Below are positions 1 through 11,326 of a stretch of 64,000 nucleotides of DNA, piece by piece. The position numbers and the translations under genes are program-made. The stretch is from Schizochytrium sp. TIO01 (lineage: Eukaryota; Protista; Bigyra: Labyrinthulomycetes): positions 1,922,001-1,986,000 of the forward strand of contig SMSO01000033.1 of assembly GCA_004764695.1 (NCBI GenBank). Reading direction: 5' to 3'. The notes under the pieces are model-generated. The model searched no databases. It was not told the DNA's origin and saw only the letters and a program-made list of their open reading frames with translations. How positions within the stretch are numbered: the first letter of the stretch is position 1; each line of letters opens with the position of its first letter.

Positions 1-1312
1 ATTCATGGAAGGATTCGTCTTCAAATTATGTTGGTTTCCCACATGAGCATTTCAACATTTTGTTTTATTGGGATGTTTATTCATTAAAAAATAAATTTGT
101 CTTCATTTTTGGTTTCACAGTCTGGTGTGTTTGAGCGCTGATTTATAAGCATTATGTTTATCATGGAAATCAACAGAGTTGTTACATTTTCCAATATTGC
201 AGCCAGGAGTCCATACTAGCTGCTTAGTCTATGAAAGCAGGTATAACGAACTAAGCAAGCATCTTGCAGGACAGTTTAGTTTAGCAAATCTGAAGCTATA
301 TATTATACGAGTCCGTCTACGCCACAGATTGACTTCACGAAAAGTTGGCAGAAAAGAGCGCGAAGCCCACTAATCGCATTGGTTAGTTCTTAGAGGCAGG
401 CTTTTCGTTTTTAATTGTAACCATAGAACCTACAGCTTTCGCTCCTAGTACGTAGCCGCATTCAATCCACATCTAGATTTGAGATGGTGCTGCACATATA
501 CGAAGTACAATGAAACGATTGGCAGGCAGCCGAATCGGAAATCGGTGCTCTACATGCGAGCATGATTATCTTTCCGCAACCCTGGTCGCTAAACAAGTCA
601 ACGTTGGTCCAATCTTGAGGATTAGTAAATTTAAAGACTCCGACTCGAGTCTCAGGCGTTTCTTTAAACCCGTGAGTTGCTCGTCGCAAGCGTGATAGCT
701 CTCACCTACTTAGTACCTACTAGTAGTAGATATTCCGCACGTACTATGAAGGATAGTCGTCTTATAGTAATCTTAGTAGCAGTAGGTCACCAAATAAACA
801 TGATCAATTAGGGGGCATCTTATGCACACTTTAGAGTGCAGAGACGTATTTCTTGCTGCTGCCACTCTCAGTACATTCCTGGACAGAGTTATGAGTTAAA
901 ATCTTTCAACATTTGTAAAAACTCAAATCAAAACTAATAACTCACTTCAGCAGCTCTCTCTGTTGCTTCAAAATGTTAATTAGCACGAGGAGGACGACGA
1001 GAAATCAGGGGTTTGTATATTTTTTGTTTATTTATTTTCCTTTTAGAGAAAGATAGTTTGGCCAATCTTCGTTATTTGTCCTCAGTCCAAGCTTCCTACT
1101 TTGACCACCCGGGCGAGTCTGGAGCGAGCACTCTGCACCAATTTGGGGCTTTGCCTTTAAGCCTTAAAAGCTAATAGCGACGCGCTGTGCTGCTGCAAGA
1201 TGAATGGCATCTCTATCCTTCGAAGAGCTTTCTTTTGCGCAAGTCAATCCCTCCCGACCAACTAAACAGAGAACGACACTTGAACTCGAAGGTTTTGCGA
1301 ACACATCAATCG

Positions 1313-1367
<55 letters not shown>
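1313..1367. repeat. (TCAA)n microsatellite
   Basis: About 13 perfect units. Confidence 0.95.
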
Positions 1368-1997
1368 GGGCACTTTACGACTAATACCTTCCTGAACCAC
1401 ACGCAGGTAAGTAGGTACGTACCTAATATCTAGATAGCACTTAGTTTCACGCACTCCCTCTCTCTCTCTCTAATAATGGTAGCGAGAGGAGATGAGTTGG
1501 AATCTTTTAGCTTCAATCTGAGTTGAGTAAAAACTCAAGCCAAAACAATCACTCGCTACGTTTCCCCACGCCTCGTCAATGTTCGAGCCGCCTGCCCTCA
1601 CCTAACTTTTCACCTCTTTTCATTTCATCTTTGACAAACTCCTAAAGACACGGAGCAGACAAGAACCAGAGACAGACAACCCACGCCTCTCCTTAGCCTT
1701 TCCGAAACCAGGCATTCGATCCTTAGTTCGTCGTTTTTGATGTCATAACCATGGCCAACCTCCCTCGCCCATTCGCCTCTCTTCTTCTGTGTACCGATCT
1801 ATCAAGTCAAGCAAGCGCAGCATTTACCTCGCTTTGCTAGGGTTTCAACAGCATTAGAGATTATGATATGAGGCGCTGGTAGGAGGTAACAGTAGAAAAC
1901 GCACTTGAAGGAAAGAAGCAACATACAGGGCTCTCGCCATGCTGGTGGTAAATCATGGCACCTATCCGGCTTACAGGGGGAAGATAGTAGCTTCTAG

Positions 1998-2033
<36 letters not shown>
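1998..2033. repeat. (GGCT)n microsatellite
   Basis: 9 units. Confidence 0.95.
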
Positions 2034-2715
2034 ACCTATCAGAGCAGTAGGTGCATATATGTATATATTCTGGCCTTTGAACAAATCTTGGGCTCTGCAG
2101 GAAATCCTTCTGTTAGTTACAGAGGGTTGTAACTTTTCAAGTATCGCATCATCAACATCGATGATCATTGGAAAAGCATAGCATGGCAAGATGCCGATTT
2201 GCTAAATTGCGATTGAGTTACTGTGTTGATCAAGAGGGTGACGGCCTCGGCGAGCATCATTGGCGGTAGCTGGTAGGTAAGTCAACTGCCTTCCTAAGAA
2301 TCTGGGAGCGGTTCTGATAACTTTTTTTTTTTAAAATTAATATAATCTTTATTTTGTAAAAGTTTTTAATAAAATTAAATTAACAAAAAACAAAACAAAA
2401 TAATACTGAAAACGCAAGAGTGAAAAAGAAAAGAGCAAGAAGGTTTAGTTAGATACCTCATAGCTCTTTGCCTCGACGATTCGACCTGAAAAGCCCAGAA
2501 CTCCAGCAGACATATACAACAGCTTAGTGCTACTAACCTAGGTACCTCACCTGCCTACCTAGCCTACCTACATACCTACATACCCATTGAAGAGCAAGCC
2601 AGTCAATTAGTCAAGGAGCTGTATCTTGCTAGCTAGGCACTTACTAACCGAAGACAGTAAATGGGGTTCAATGCCAAGATGACAGGCTTCAAGTTCGCGG
2701 AGTTAGTACGGTGGG

Positions 2716-2796
2716 TAACTAACTAACTAACTAACTCTCACTCACTCACTCACTCACTCACTCACTCACTCCCTCACTAACTAACTAACTAACTAA
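2716..2796. repeat. Compound (TAAC)n-(TCAC)n-(TAAC)n microsatellite
   Basis: Directly visible nested tetranucleotide arrays. Confidence 0.95.
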
Positions 2797-3420
2797 ACAC
2801 CTACCTGCCTAAGGCAAGATATCAGCTTCTTACTTCTGACCAGCTTAGCTAGTGAGAGGAGAGAGTCTGTCTGTCTCTAGAGCTAGCTAGCTCTACTCTA
2901 GCTAGAGAGTGTACAACTGACCTTCACAACCACAATGACGTTCACAGTACCCATGAAAACGTAAACCTCCAAATTGATTGTTTAGGTTTTTGTGACGAAA
3001 TGGAGGTTAGGTAAGAAAGTGAAATGGCCAAGGGACCACCAAGCAGCAGCTCCAAACACTTCCAGCAAAGTACTTCTTCAACCAGAGCTCTGGTGTCTCT
3101 GCGGGTGTTTGCTTGCTTCCCTGGAGGCAATCCCAGATCAATCGCGTATCCATCGCACGCATTCTCGCAAAGGATGACGGCGACGACGGCGAGCGCACCT
3201 ATGGCCGCAGTTTGTTCCGGACTGACTGACTGACCGTGCCGTGCCATTCATTCACTATCTCCGCCAGCCAGAGAGTGGTGGAGAGAGTGGAGAAGCAAGA
3301 CGGGAGTTTTCCCAAATGCCGGATTGGTGACCTACCTGCGCCACGCCTGTCCAGACGCCCCCGCCGTCCACGAAGACAGCTCAAAGGCCGGGCTCAAGCG
3401 AGATTGAAGGCAAGCTTGCA

Positions 3421-3470
3421 CTTTGCTTTGCTTTGCTTTGCTTTGCTTTGCTTTGCTTTGCTTTGCTTTG
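3421..3470. repeat. (CTTTG)10 microsatellite
   Basis: 10 perfect units. Confidence 0.95.
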
Positions 3471-3720
3471 GCTCTGCGGAAACTACCGTGCTGTCCCTTG
3501 GCCCGAATTGGAAACCTCAACTCGTGAGTTGGCAAGAAGACGGATCAAAAGCAAGGCAGCTAGCTCGAGAGATGTGCCGTTGGCTTCCGCATGCGCTCAT
3601 TCACAGGTGCGTCTTTGTTTGTTTCTTTGTTTGATTGTTTCTTTGTTTGTTTGATTGCCTCTCTAGTTAGAGCTAGACACGCTCGCACTTCGAAACCATG
3701 CAATGGAAGAGGTGCACCAT

Positions 3721-4000
3721 CCATCCTCGACGAGCTCGGAACACAGCGAAGGATGGTTTTCTAAGGCCCCCCCTAAAAAAAGTGAATTAATAAAAATAAG
3801 AAACAATGCAAACTCGAAGCCGATGACCGCGATGTCCACGCCGCCAGAGCATCATTTTGCGCTAATTGTCCATCCAAGGACATGATTTGCGAATTGTCTT
3901 TGAGTCGCGGGTTGGGTTTTAACCGCGATTGGCCTCAGCCCCACTTCAGGACCATAAGAATGCAAGTTTCGCAACTTTGTAGGTTAAACTCTAAGTGTTC
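3721..4000 (+). repeat. Dispersed repeat, copy A (diverged homolog of 30697-30910)
   Basis: Colinear blocks shared with copy B (AGCTCGGA, TCCACGCC, ATCCAAGGA, AGCCCCA) and an identical 19-mer TAGGTTAAACTCTAAGTGT at the 3' end. Confidence 0.7.
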
Positions 4001-4541
4001 AGAGGAAGTTCGCTAGCTAGTACTACTCTAGAGAACGCAGCCTCTGCTCCTAGCCTATCTATCTATCCATAGCCTAGTGTGAAAGTGGGACCAGCTAATA
4101 AGGAGGGCTGTCTATGTGTAGCTTCTATTCTTTTCTTCTCCATCGCAGTTTCTCTGTTTCTTTCTCTTCTTGTCTTCGAATTATGAAAGTTTCGAAGTTT
4201 TCTTTTCGTTTCAAATTGAAAATAAATTTGTAAGTTTTTGTTTCCTTTTCTGAAGATAACTCCTCGTACTGTAAACTTCTAGCAATATGGTAGTATCTAC
4301 CTACTAGTAGTGGGCTCATTCGTTCTCCCCTTCGTTCCTTTAGCATAATGACTGCTGTTCTTACAAATTAAAAAAAAATGATGATAACATATTGATGAAA
4401 TGAAAAATGAAAAATGAAAAATGGAAAGGAAAGGAAAAAGAAATGTTGCAAATGACCAAAGCATCAGCAGTATCAGCAATCTCAGCGCCCGACAGCCGTG
4501 TCAGGCAGGCATTTTCCACCAAACTGTGATCTCAGACACCC

Positions 4542-4567
4542 GGCAGGCAGGCAGGCGAGCAAGCAAG

Positions 4568-4599
<32 letters not shown>

Positions 4600-4600
4600 C
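4542..4600. repeat. Interrupted (GGCA)n/(AGCA)n microsatellite
   Basis: Directly visible, upstream of the large RING gene. Confidence 0.9.
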
Positions 4601-4733
4601 ACGTACGCAGACAGAAAGCACTCGCCTGGGGAACGAGCTCCTCGTGCGGAGTGAGTAGTCCATTCGCTCGTTCAATCCTTCCTTCAGCCCATCGACCCGA
4701 GCGCGCTCCTCGGATCTCCCGCGAGCGCCACGG

Positions 4734-7700
4734 ATGGAGCCTCGCATTGAAGCGTGGCTCCAAGCCGAGCTGCGCAGACCATCGCCACCAGCACGAACTT
4801 TCTGTCTCCATGCACATCATCACACGCGGGGCCGTCTCAGACCCTGCCACTCAACAACTCCTCGCACCACCGAGGACCTCGCGGGTCTTCCGGCATGGAG
4901 AACCAACTCGTCCACCGTTGCCAGCACACCGACACATTCCTCTCCTCACATGAGTTCTGTCGCAGGTTCTTTTGCTGCCTCCTCAGCACCCGTCGTTTCG
5001 ACCCGGGCTTCCCCTCGTCCCCTGTCTTCTTCATCATCGTCGTCGTCGTCCTCCTCATCGTCGTCGTCGTCGTCGTCGCCGTGGTCGTCTTCCTCCTCCT
5101 CCTCCTCCTCCTCCTCGTCTCCTTCGCCTCCTCGTTCCTCGTTCCCTTTGTCCTCCTCTTGTTCTTGTTCTTGTTCTTCCTCTCCTGCCTCTGGCTCTGC
5201 TTCTGCTTCTGCTTCTGCTTCTGCTTCTAGTGCTTCTTATCCTCGTCCTTACTCTTCGAGTTCTTCCTCCTCTGCCTCTGCTCCTTCGCCGCTATTGGTG
5301 GGTTCTTCTTCCTCATACTTATCCCCTTCGGCTCATTCCCCGGCTGGTACTAGTAGTAACAAGTCTATCACTACTACAAGTAGTTCTCGTACTCTGGGTC
5401 TTGTACGCCGCAAGGATGAGGAAACTGGACATCTGACACAAGACTCAGTGGCACGACGAGGTGAACCAGGGGTCAGAACAGAAAATCTTAGTAGTGATAA
5501 TCGTAGTAGTAGTAGCAGTAGCAGTAGTAATAGTAGTAGCAGCAGCAGTAGGAGCAGGAGTGTGAACAGAGGCAAAGGGGGCAACAGTAATAGTAGGAGT
5601 TGTAGCATTTGTGGAGAGAATTCTGCGGATGCTGCTACCATGGAGAGCATTACTGGTGGTGCCACCAGGACAGGATCAAGGACGTACTCTTCACGATCAA
5701 GAGTGGGAGCAACACCAGCAAGGCGAAGACAAAGAGGGGTTGCTCCCAGGAGCGATGGCCATTACGTCAGTGATAGCAATAGTGATGTATACCATTGCCA
5801 AAACCCGCATCGTGGAAACCTATCAGAAGCAATCAACGCCATGACAGAACCGGCCATAGTAGAGAGTGGCGCATGGAGAATCCAAGGTACTTGGAGACTC
5901 GGCGCACCAGACACAAATCCTTCGCGCAGGGCAGATGGTGATGAAGAGTTTCAGTGGCAAGCAAGAATTCCTCAGCATGCAAGCATTGATGACAACGGGG
6001 TTCCTTCCATGCTCGAGTGTGAGGGGACATTTGAGGCAGCAGGGAGCCGTGTCTGCGAGAAAAATGTGCATCTTCAAATCAAGTTGAAGACCAATTCTGC
6101 AGGCTCTGGCATTGTGAGCAACGGAGCAAGAGGTCATCAAAACCAGAGACGTTGTGACGAAAAGGCTTCCATCAGATCACATCCAGCTGTGGTGCAGCCC
6201 CAGTCAGCAAGTCAGTCATTTCGGGCACCTGCTTCTTCCTCCATGACAACACATTACACCGAGAGGGACTGTGCGGAAGACGGCAGTCGCGAAGATGGAG
6301 ACTTGGCGGTTATCATTGTGAGCAGCGATGAAGAAGATAGTGATGACAATGAAGTTGAAGAAGATGTGAACGAACCCCAAATACAAGGTGGGGTAATAAC
6401 GGGAACAAGGGGAACACGAAGGAGGCAAGTACGCGAAAACTCCGCACACCTATGTACGCATAGCACCATCAAGGGAAACAGTACCCACAGTAACCCCAAC
6501 ACCATCATTGATACTAAAAGACCTCGGAACGAGGATAGAAAGCATCATCGTGCTCGACGACAGCAACAACAAGACAAGGCTTATAACAGTCCAGAAAATG
6601 AATTTGAGGAGATGGCAAATTCGGCTCAGAATAGACATCAAAACATTGAAAGAAGAATTTCAATGGAAATCGATGATGCGGATGACGAAGTTCAATTTGT
6701 TTGTATTTTGAACCAACAATCGTCAAGTCCACCGCCCGCTGCAAATCAGAAAGATGTCTCCGCAACAAAATCCGCACCTCTCTCATCTTCGACCTACACT
6801 GGCCCCAATGCAACACAAAGTGAATCTTTAGCACAGGAAAGTCAGAGCGCTCAAGCAAACAGACGGCGCGCACCTGTACGGATGGTGAGTCGAGGCAAGC
6901 GACTTGAGTTACCTTCTCTCTCTGCATTAGAGACAATAAACACAATCACTAATCCGCACATCGCACATAATTCTGAAACCTCAGCGCGTAACAGGCATGA
7001 ACTTGCGCAGCGCAACAATAACAACAATGCAAGCTCTAGGGCACAATCAGAGCAGTATCTTTCAGCACCAACTAGGCTTGTCTACGACGTGACAGGTACA
7101 GGACATAATGTCATTGGATCATTTCAAGTCAGGGGAGAGCTTGTTCTTGAGACCCCAGATAGTTATGGCACGAATAGCTCTGAACCTGTTATGCACCTCA
7201 GTGCTCATAAAGTCTATCTCAATGAATCAGAAACGCTTGAAGACGAAGAAGCAGAAGCGGAGAAGACAGACCAAAGACAGGAGCATGAAGATTTGATTGA
7301 AACAGAATCTGAATTGGGAAACATGAGAGATGACCAGGCACAACAATTCTTAGAAAGTCTACCCTCTTCTCAGCAAGGCGAGCCTCTCTCGGCAAGGCGT
7401 GGACAAAAACGCCCCTTGGAAGATACCGAACAAGATGCTGCACGACTTCATGCACAGCTCTGGCGGCGTCAACAAATTCGCCGCTTGCCGATTCGCCGCG
7501 CTGTTCAAAGCGTACGACTTCCTGAAATAAGAATCACTCGGCTTTCCCGCGTTGGGCACCGGTCCGTAGAAGTGTCTTGGCAGATAATTCTTGTACCTAC
7601 TGGTCCCTATTCTTTGATTAAAGATGTCATTGCTGAGGTTTCTGTACGGGGCCTTAATATCCAATATCATGAAAAATTGGAAATTGATATGGCTGCTAAA

Positions 7701-8918
7701 CTCTCCAACGTGCAATCGTTTTCATTGGCTAAGAAGATGACCTCCGCGTTTCGTCTTCCTGAATATGGAGAGTACATATTTGAAGTCCTTGTACGCCCAG
7801 CCTCGAATCAATCAAAATTGCCCGGGAACGCCTTGCATGGAGGGTCTGTTCGCTGCGTTCTTAAGCAATTACAACTTCCGATGGAGCTAACAAGTGTCAC
7901 GTCATTGCTGCACTCGGTAGTCTTATCAGAAGGTAGCACCTCTACCAGCCCTATCTTAGTATTAGCATGGTCAGATCCAAATCGAACGCAACGCTGTAAT
8001 CTTTTGCAGAATACGCACCAGATCCCAGTTATGGTGGGTGGAAGTCATATTGAGGTTATCATTCAGACACGTGAAACCGAGAGTAATGAATGGTCAAATC
8101 ATTCCGTTACGAAAGTTAACGAAATGCGAAACCATCACATCATGCAAACAAGCACTGATCTTCAAGATAAACAGGTCCGATTTGCAGTCACATATGTACT
8201 TTGTGACACTTTTGACGAACTGCGCGGGCCATCAGTATACACTGCACCAGTAACTATCCCAGCCATGCGCCGTCTCAAACATAAAGGTTTCTGTAAAAAC
8301 AGTACTCATAAGTCTCCTGAGAATGTCATGAGTGAGCGGACAAGTGGCAAGTCGATCGATGAAAATGAGCTACACAGGCCTGATTCTGACACAGAGAGAG
8401 ATGTTAATTCTGTTAATGGGGGGAAAGCTTCAGAACTGCAAGCTAGAAATAGTGAAGAAACCGATATTGAGGAAAACGAGCCGTGTGCTGCTTGTGTCAT
8501 CTGTGGTGATGATATGTTACCTCAACCTCAGTCGTATCCCATTATTCCTGGCCAGTGCAATCATCTTTTTCATGCGAAATGTCTCCTTCGCTGGGCTCTT
8601 AAAAAGCCTACATGCCCTCTATGTTGCGCCCCATTTTCTACTGTGACTTTCTACAATACAAAATTGAAAGCTTTCTATCACATTACCCTTAGTGAAGCTT
8701 TTCGAAAAATTAACTTTTCGACTGAATTGAGCCCAGAACAGGGAAGAGAGGGTCCATCAAATTTACCTTTACTGCAGTTACAGCTCAGGGGAACTTATTT
8801 AACGCGAATGTACACAGATTCCCACTTCCATACTGGATCGGGACTCCATTTAATGCCTGACGGTGATCCTGATCCGCTCATTCTAGACATCATAACACGC
8901 ACGCTTCTCGATGCTTAA
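4734..8918 (+). CDS. Large RING-H2 (C3H2C3) protein, probable E3 ubiquitin ligase, with Ser-rich disordered N-terminus, SIM-like motifs and two FN3-like segments
   Basis: 1394-codon uninterrupted ORF. C-terminal CVIC-x17-CNHLFHAKC-x10-CPLC (about 8493-8624) fits RING-H2. The start may be the in-frame ATG at 4950 (MSSVAG) rather than 4734. Confidence 0.85.
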   Translation: MEPRIEAWLQAELRRPSPPARTFCLHAHHHTRGRLRPCHSTTPRTTEDLAGLPAWRTNSSTVASTPTHSSPHMSSVAGSFAASSAPVVSTRASPRPLSSSSSSSSSSSSSSSSSSPWSSSSSSSSSSSSPSPPRSSFPLSSSCSCSCSSSPASGSASASASASASSASYPRPYSSSSSSSASAPSPLLVGSSSSYLSPSAHSPAGTSSNKSITTTSSSRTLGLVRRKDEETGHLTQDSVARRGEPGVRTENLSSDNRSSSSSSSSNSSSSSSRSRSVNRGKGGNSNSRSCSICGENSADAATMESITGGATRTGSRTYSSRSRVGATPARRRQRGVAPRSDGHYVSDSNSDVYHCQNPHRGNLSEAINAMTEPAIVESGAWRIQGTWRLGAPDTNPSRRADGDEEFQWQARIPQHASIDDNGVPSMLECEGTFEAAGSRVCEKNVHLQIKLKTNSAGSGIVSNGARGHQNQRRCDEKASIRSHPAVVQPQSASQSFRAPASSSMTTHYTERDCAEDGSREDGDLAVIIVSSDEEDSDDNEVEEDVNEPQIQGGVITGTRGTRRRQVRENSAHLCTHSTIKGNSTHSNPNTIIDTKRPRNEDRKHHRARRQQQQDKAYNSPENEFEEMANSAQNRHQNIERRISMEIDDADDEVQFVCILNQQSSSPPPAANQKDVSATKSAPLSSSTYTGPNATQSESLAQESQSAQANRRRAPVRMVSRGKRLELPSLSALETINTITNPHIAHNSETSARNRHELAQRNNNNNASSRAQSEQYLSAPTRLVYDVTGTGHNVIGSFQVRGELVLETPDSYGTNSSEPVMHLSAHKVYLNESETLEDEEAEAEKTDQRQEHEDLIETESELGNMRDDQAQQFLESLPSSQQGEPLSARRGQKRPLEDTEQDAARLHAQLWRRQQIRRLPIRRAVQSVRLPEIRITRLSRVGHRSVEVSWQIILVPTGPYSLIKDVIAEVSVRGLNIQYHEKLEIDMAAKLSNVQSFSLAKKMTSAFRLPEYGEYIFEVLVRPASNQSKLPGNALHGGSVRCVLKQLQLPMELTSVTSLLHSVVLSEGSTSTSPILVLAWSDPNRTQRCNLLQNTHQIPVMVGGSHIEVIIQTRETESNEWSNHSVTKVNEMRNHHIMQTSTDLQDKQVRFAVTYVLCDTFDELRGPSVYTAPVTIPAMRRLKHKGFCKNSTHKSPENVMSERTSGKSIDENELHRPDSDTERDVNSVNGGKASELQARNSEETDIEENEPCAACVICGDDMLPQPQSYPIIPGQCNHLFHAKCLLRWALKKPTCPLCCAPFSTVTFYNTKLKAFYHITLSEAFRKINFSTELSPEQGREGPSNLPLLQLQLRGTYLTRMYTDSHFHTGSGLHLMPDGDPDPLILDIITRTLLDA

Positions 8919-10036
8919 CACGCCTCACTCTCTGTCAAGCTCTGGGAAATATTTTGGCATCCTTTATATCTGTTCTCAGTTTTAAAATAGTGTACAATAT
9001 TTGAAATCTGACTACAAGTTTGCAGGTGGCAGTAAATCAAGATATCTAGCTCGCTCCTCAACAAAAGGCTCCTCCACGAAGTGAATTGTCCCAAACTTGA
9101 TAACAATATTCAACATCAAAACTAGCCGACGTCCATCCCCGCACAGAGTGTGACTAATTTCAAAGATTTTCATGTATTGTGTATGGCTTTTAGTTTGTTA
9201 CATGGACGGAGCTTAAGGAGTGCCACCGATCTCCAGCGTGGAAGAACTCAAGGATGATAGGTCTGGAACCCAATTCGATAGTTGTGCACGTTAGAAGAGA
9301 GTCGGCAGGGTTTTTTTTTGACAGAATAGAAGGAACGAAGCACATAGCCTTGCTGGAGATCAACACGCTCTATTGATTGATTTCCATCTCTGACGGGGTT
9401 GACCTTTATTTACCATGTTAAATCAATATTCCTTATTAGCAGGTCAAGCATGCAACTAATACTTAACCAATGAAAACTATAGCAGTCACGACTCTCGCGA
9501 ACTCTGAAGCATTTCCTACTGAAACCTACGAGGTATGAACTCCTAATTAACTTTAAGGTACTCGTCTAGTTCTCCGACTACTACTAGTGCTATGCAGTAA
9601 CTATAGGTATAGGCAAGACAGCAAGCAACAAATTAGGGAGGTAGCACTAGGAGGTACTCCGGCGGACGCAGCAAATCAATAACTCTGGTGTGTCAAGCGT
9701 GAATCTGAGCTCCTTCAGGCAGCGTCAGGTCCTGTTACTCTGAATTCGTCCAAAGGTACCCCCTTATCCTTTCTTTCTCAAAAAGCGTCTATTCTTCGGC
9801 CTCAGGTGTGACTTGAAGCAGAGATAGATTTGAAAAAGTTAAGGGTCTGACCTAGTCGAAGAATACACAAACCTACAAACCTCCTCTTTGAGCACCTCTT
9901 CTGCATGTATTGTCTCTGCAGCATTAGAACTGACAACACCGGTTACTAATTCCAGGCCAAATTTTGGAAAAGAACTCCTTGGGATAGGAACCCTTTCGGA
10001 GTTAGATTAATCATTATTACCCTTCTGACATAAAAG

Positions 10037-11326
10037 ATGGTCTTTTTTGTAATGGCCGGGCCAGGCCTATTTTTTGGCGGAAACAATTTGTTTATGGGTG
10101 GTATGGGTCCTGGGGCCATACCAAATCGTCAAAATGGAGCGTCTGCACTCTTTAGCTTTGCAATGGTTGTCGTGACATTTATGTTTGGGTCGCGTTATCC
10201 ACTTCTCGTCACCCTCGTGCCATATTTGATTCATTGTTTTCCAGATCAATTCAGCCATTTGCGAAATGCTTTTGTGGAGAACCCAGGTGCAATTTTTTAC
10301 TTGATAACATTTGTGTTTGCATTTCTTTACATGGGCTTTGCAGGTGATTGGGATGTAGGTTCCGAGGAAGAGATGGCATATGCGCAAGCACAACAACAAC
10401 GCTTTGCAAATGCTCAACGCCAGGCTGCTGATCCGAGGTCCTATGCTTCCAGAGGTCGTGCCTCATCTTCGCCAGCACCATCACGCGATACTGATTTAAA
10501 TGAGATGGAGGGTTCGTGGGGTGGTAGTGTTGTTGGAGATTTTATTCTCACCATGCTCCTTTTGTTAAGTACTTTTATGCTGCCTCAACTTTGGGTAATG
10601 CTAAATCGCTGGCTGGTTCGTGTCCTTCCAGAAAGTGGTCGTGCTTCCTGGCTTCGCTACACCTCTTTCTTAAGACCCTCTGGCGCAGCACCCGGCACGA
10701 TGCCGACGTCCCGCGATGCTATCAATAAGCTCGAGAATCTTACACTTGAAGAACGTCATTTGCTGATGGAAAACTCTCCCGGTGGCATAATTTGTCCGGT
10801 GTGCCTTGATCCCATGCACGTTGGGGAAACTGTCAAGCGTCTACCTTGTAAACACCTTTTTCACCCGGGCTGTGTCCTGCCATGGCTTGAAAAACATAAT
10901 TCGTGCCCCACATGTCGTTATGAACTCGAAACTAGCGACCCGACATATGAATGGCATCGCCAAGTACGTGCAGAGGAGCGTGAGCGACAACAGCAAGCAA
11001 CACAACAAGCAAATACTTCTCCTTCGAACTCGTCTAGAGAAACCCCGCCGGTTAGTTCATCTTCTGATAGCAATAGAAATACTGGATATGTTCGGGGCTC
11101 ATCAACAACCAATCTTCACAGCAGCGCTTCTGCGGTATTCGGTATTCCAGGGCACCCCTCCAGTTCGTCTCACTTAAGCGTGTCAGAAGAAGCAGAATTT
11201 GAGCGATTATTAAACTTAACCATCCCTGAGCTTCGAGCGATTGCAAGACGTCAAGGGGTGAACTTGAATGGCGCAATTGAAAAACGGGAGGTTGTGAGTC
11301 GAATTATGCACACACAGGTCCACTAA
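10037..11326 (+). CDS. Membrane-anchored RING-H2 E3 ligase (RNF126/RING1-like RING) with C-terminal SAP/HeH-like helix pair
   Basis: PTSRDAINKL followed by CPVCLD-x-LPCKHLFHPGCVLPWLEKHNSCPTCRYEL; 3-4 hydrophobic segments in the N-terminal 190 aa; C-terminal LTIPELRAIARRQGVNLNGAIEKREVVSRI. Confidence 0.9.
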   Translation: MVFFVMAGPGLFFGGNNLFMGGMGPGAIPNRQNGASALFSFAMVVVTFMFGSRYPLLVTLVPYLIHCFPDQFSHLRNAFVENPGAIFYLITFVFAFLYMGFAGDWDVGSEEEMAYAQAQQQRFANAQRQAADPRSYASRGRASSSPAPSRDTDLNEMEGSWGGSVVGDFILTMLLLLSTFMLPQLWVMLNRWLVRVLPESGRASWLRYTSFLRPSGAAPGTMPTSRDAINKLENLTLEERHLLMENSPGGIICPVCLDPMHVGETVKRLPCKHLFHPGCVLPWLEKHNSCPTCRYELETSDPTYEWHRQVRAEERERQQQATQQANTSPSNSSRETPPVSSSSDSNRNTGYVRGSSTTNLHSSASAVFGIPGHPSSSSHLSVSEEAEFERLLNLTIPELRAIARRQGVNLNGAIEKREVVSRIMHTQVH

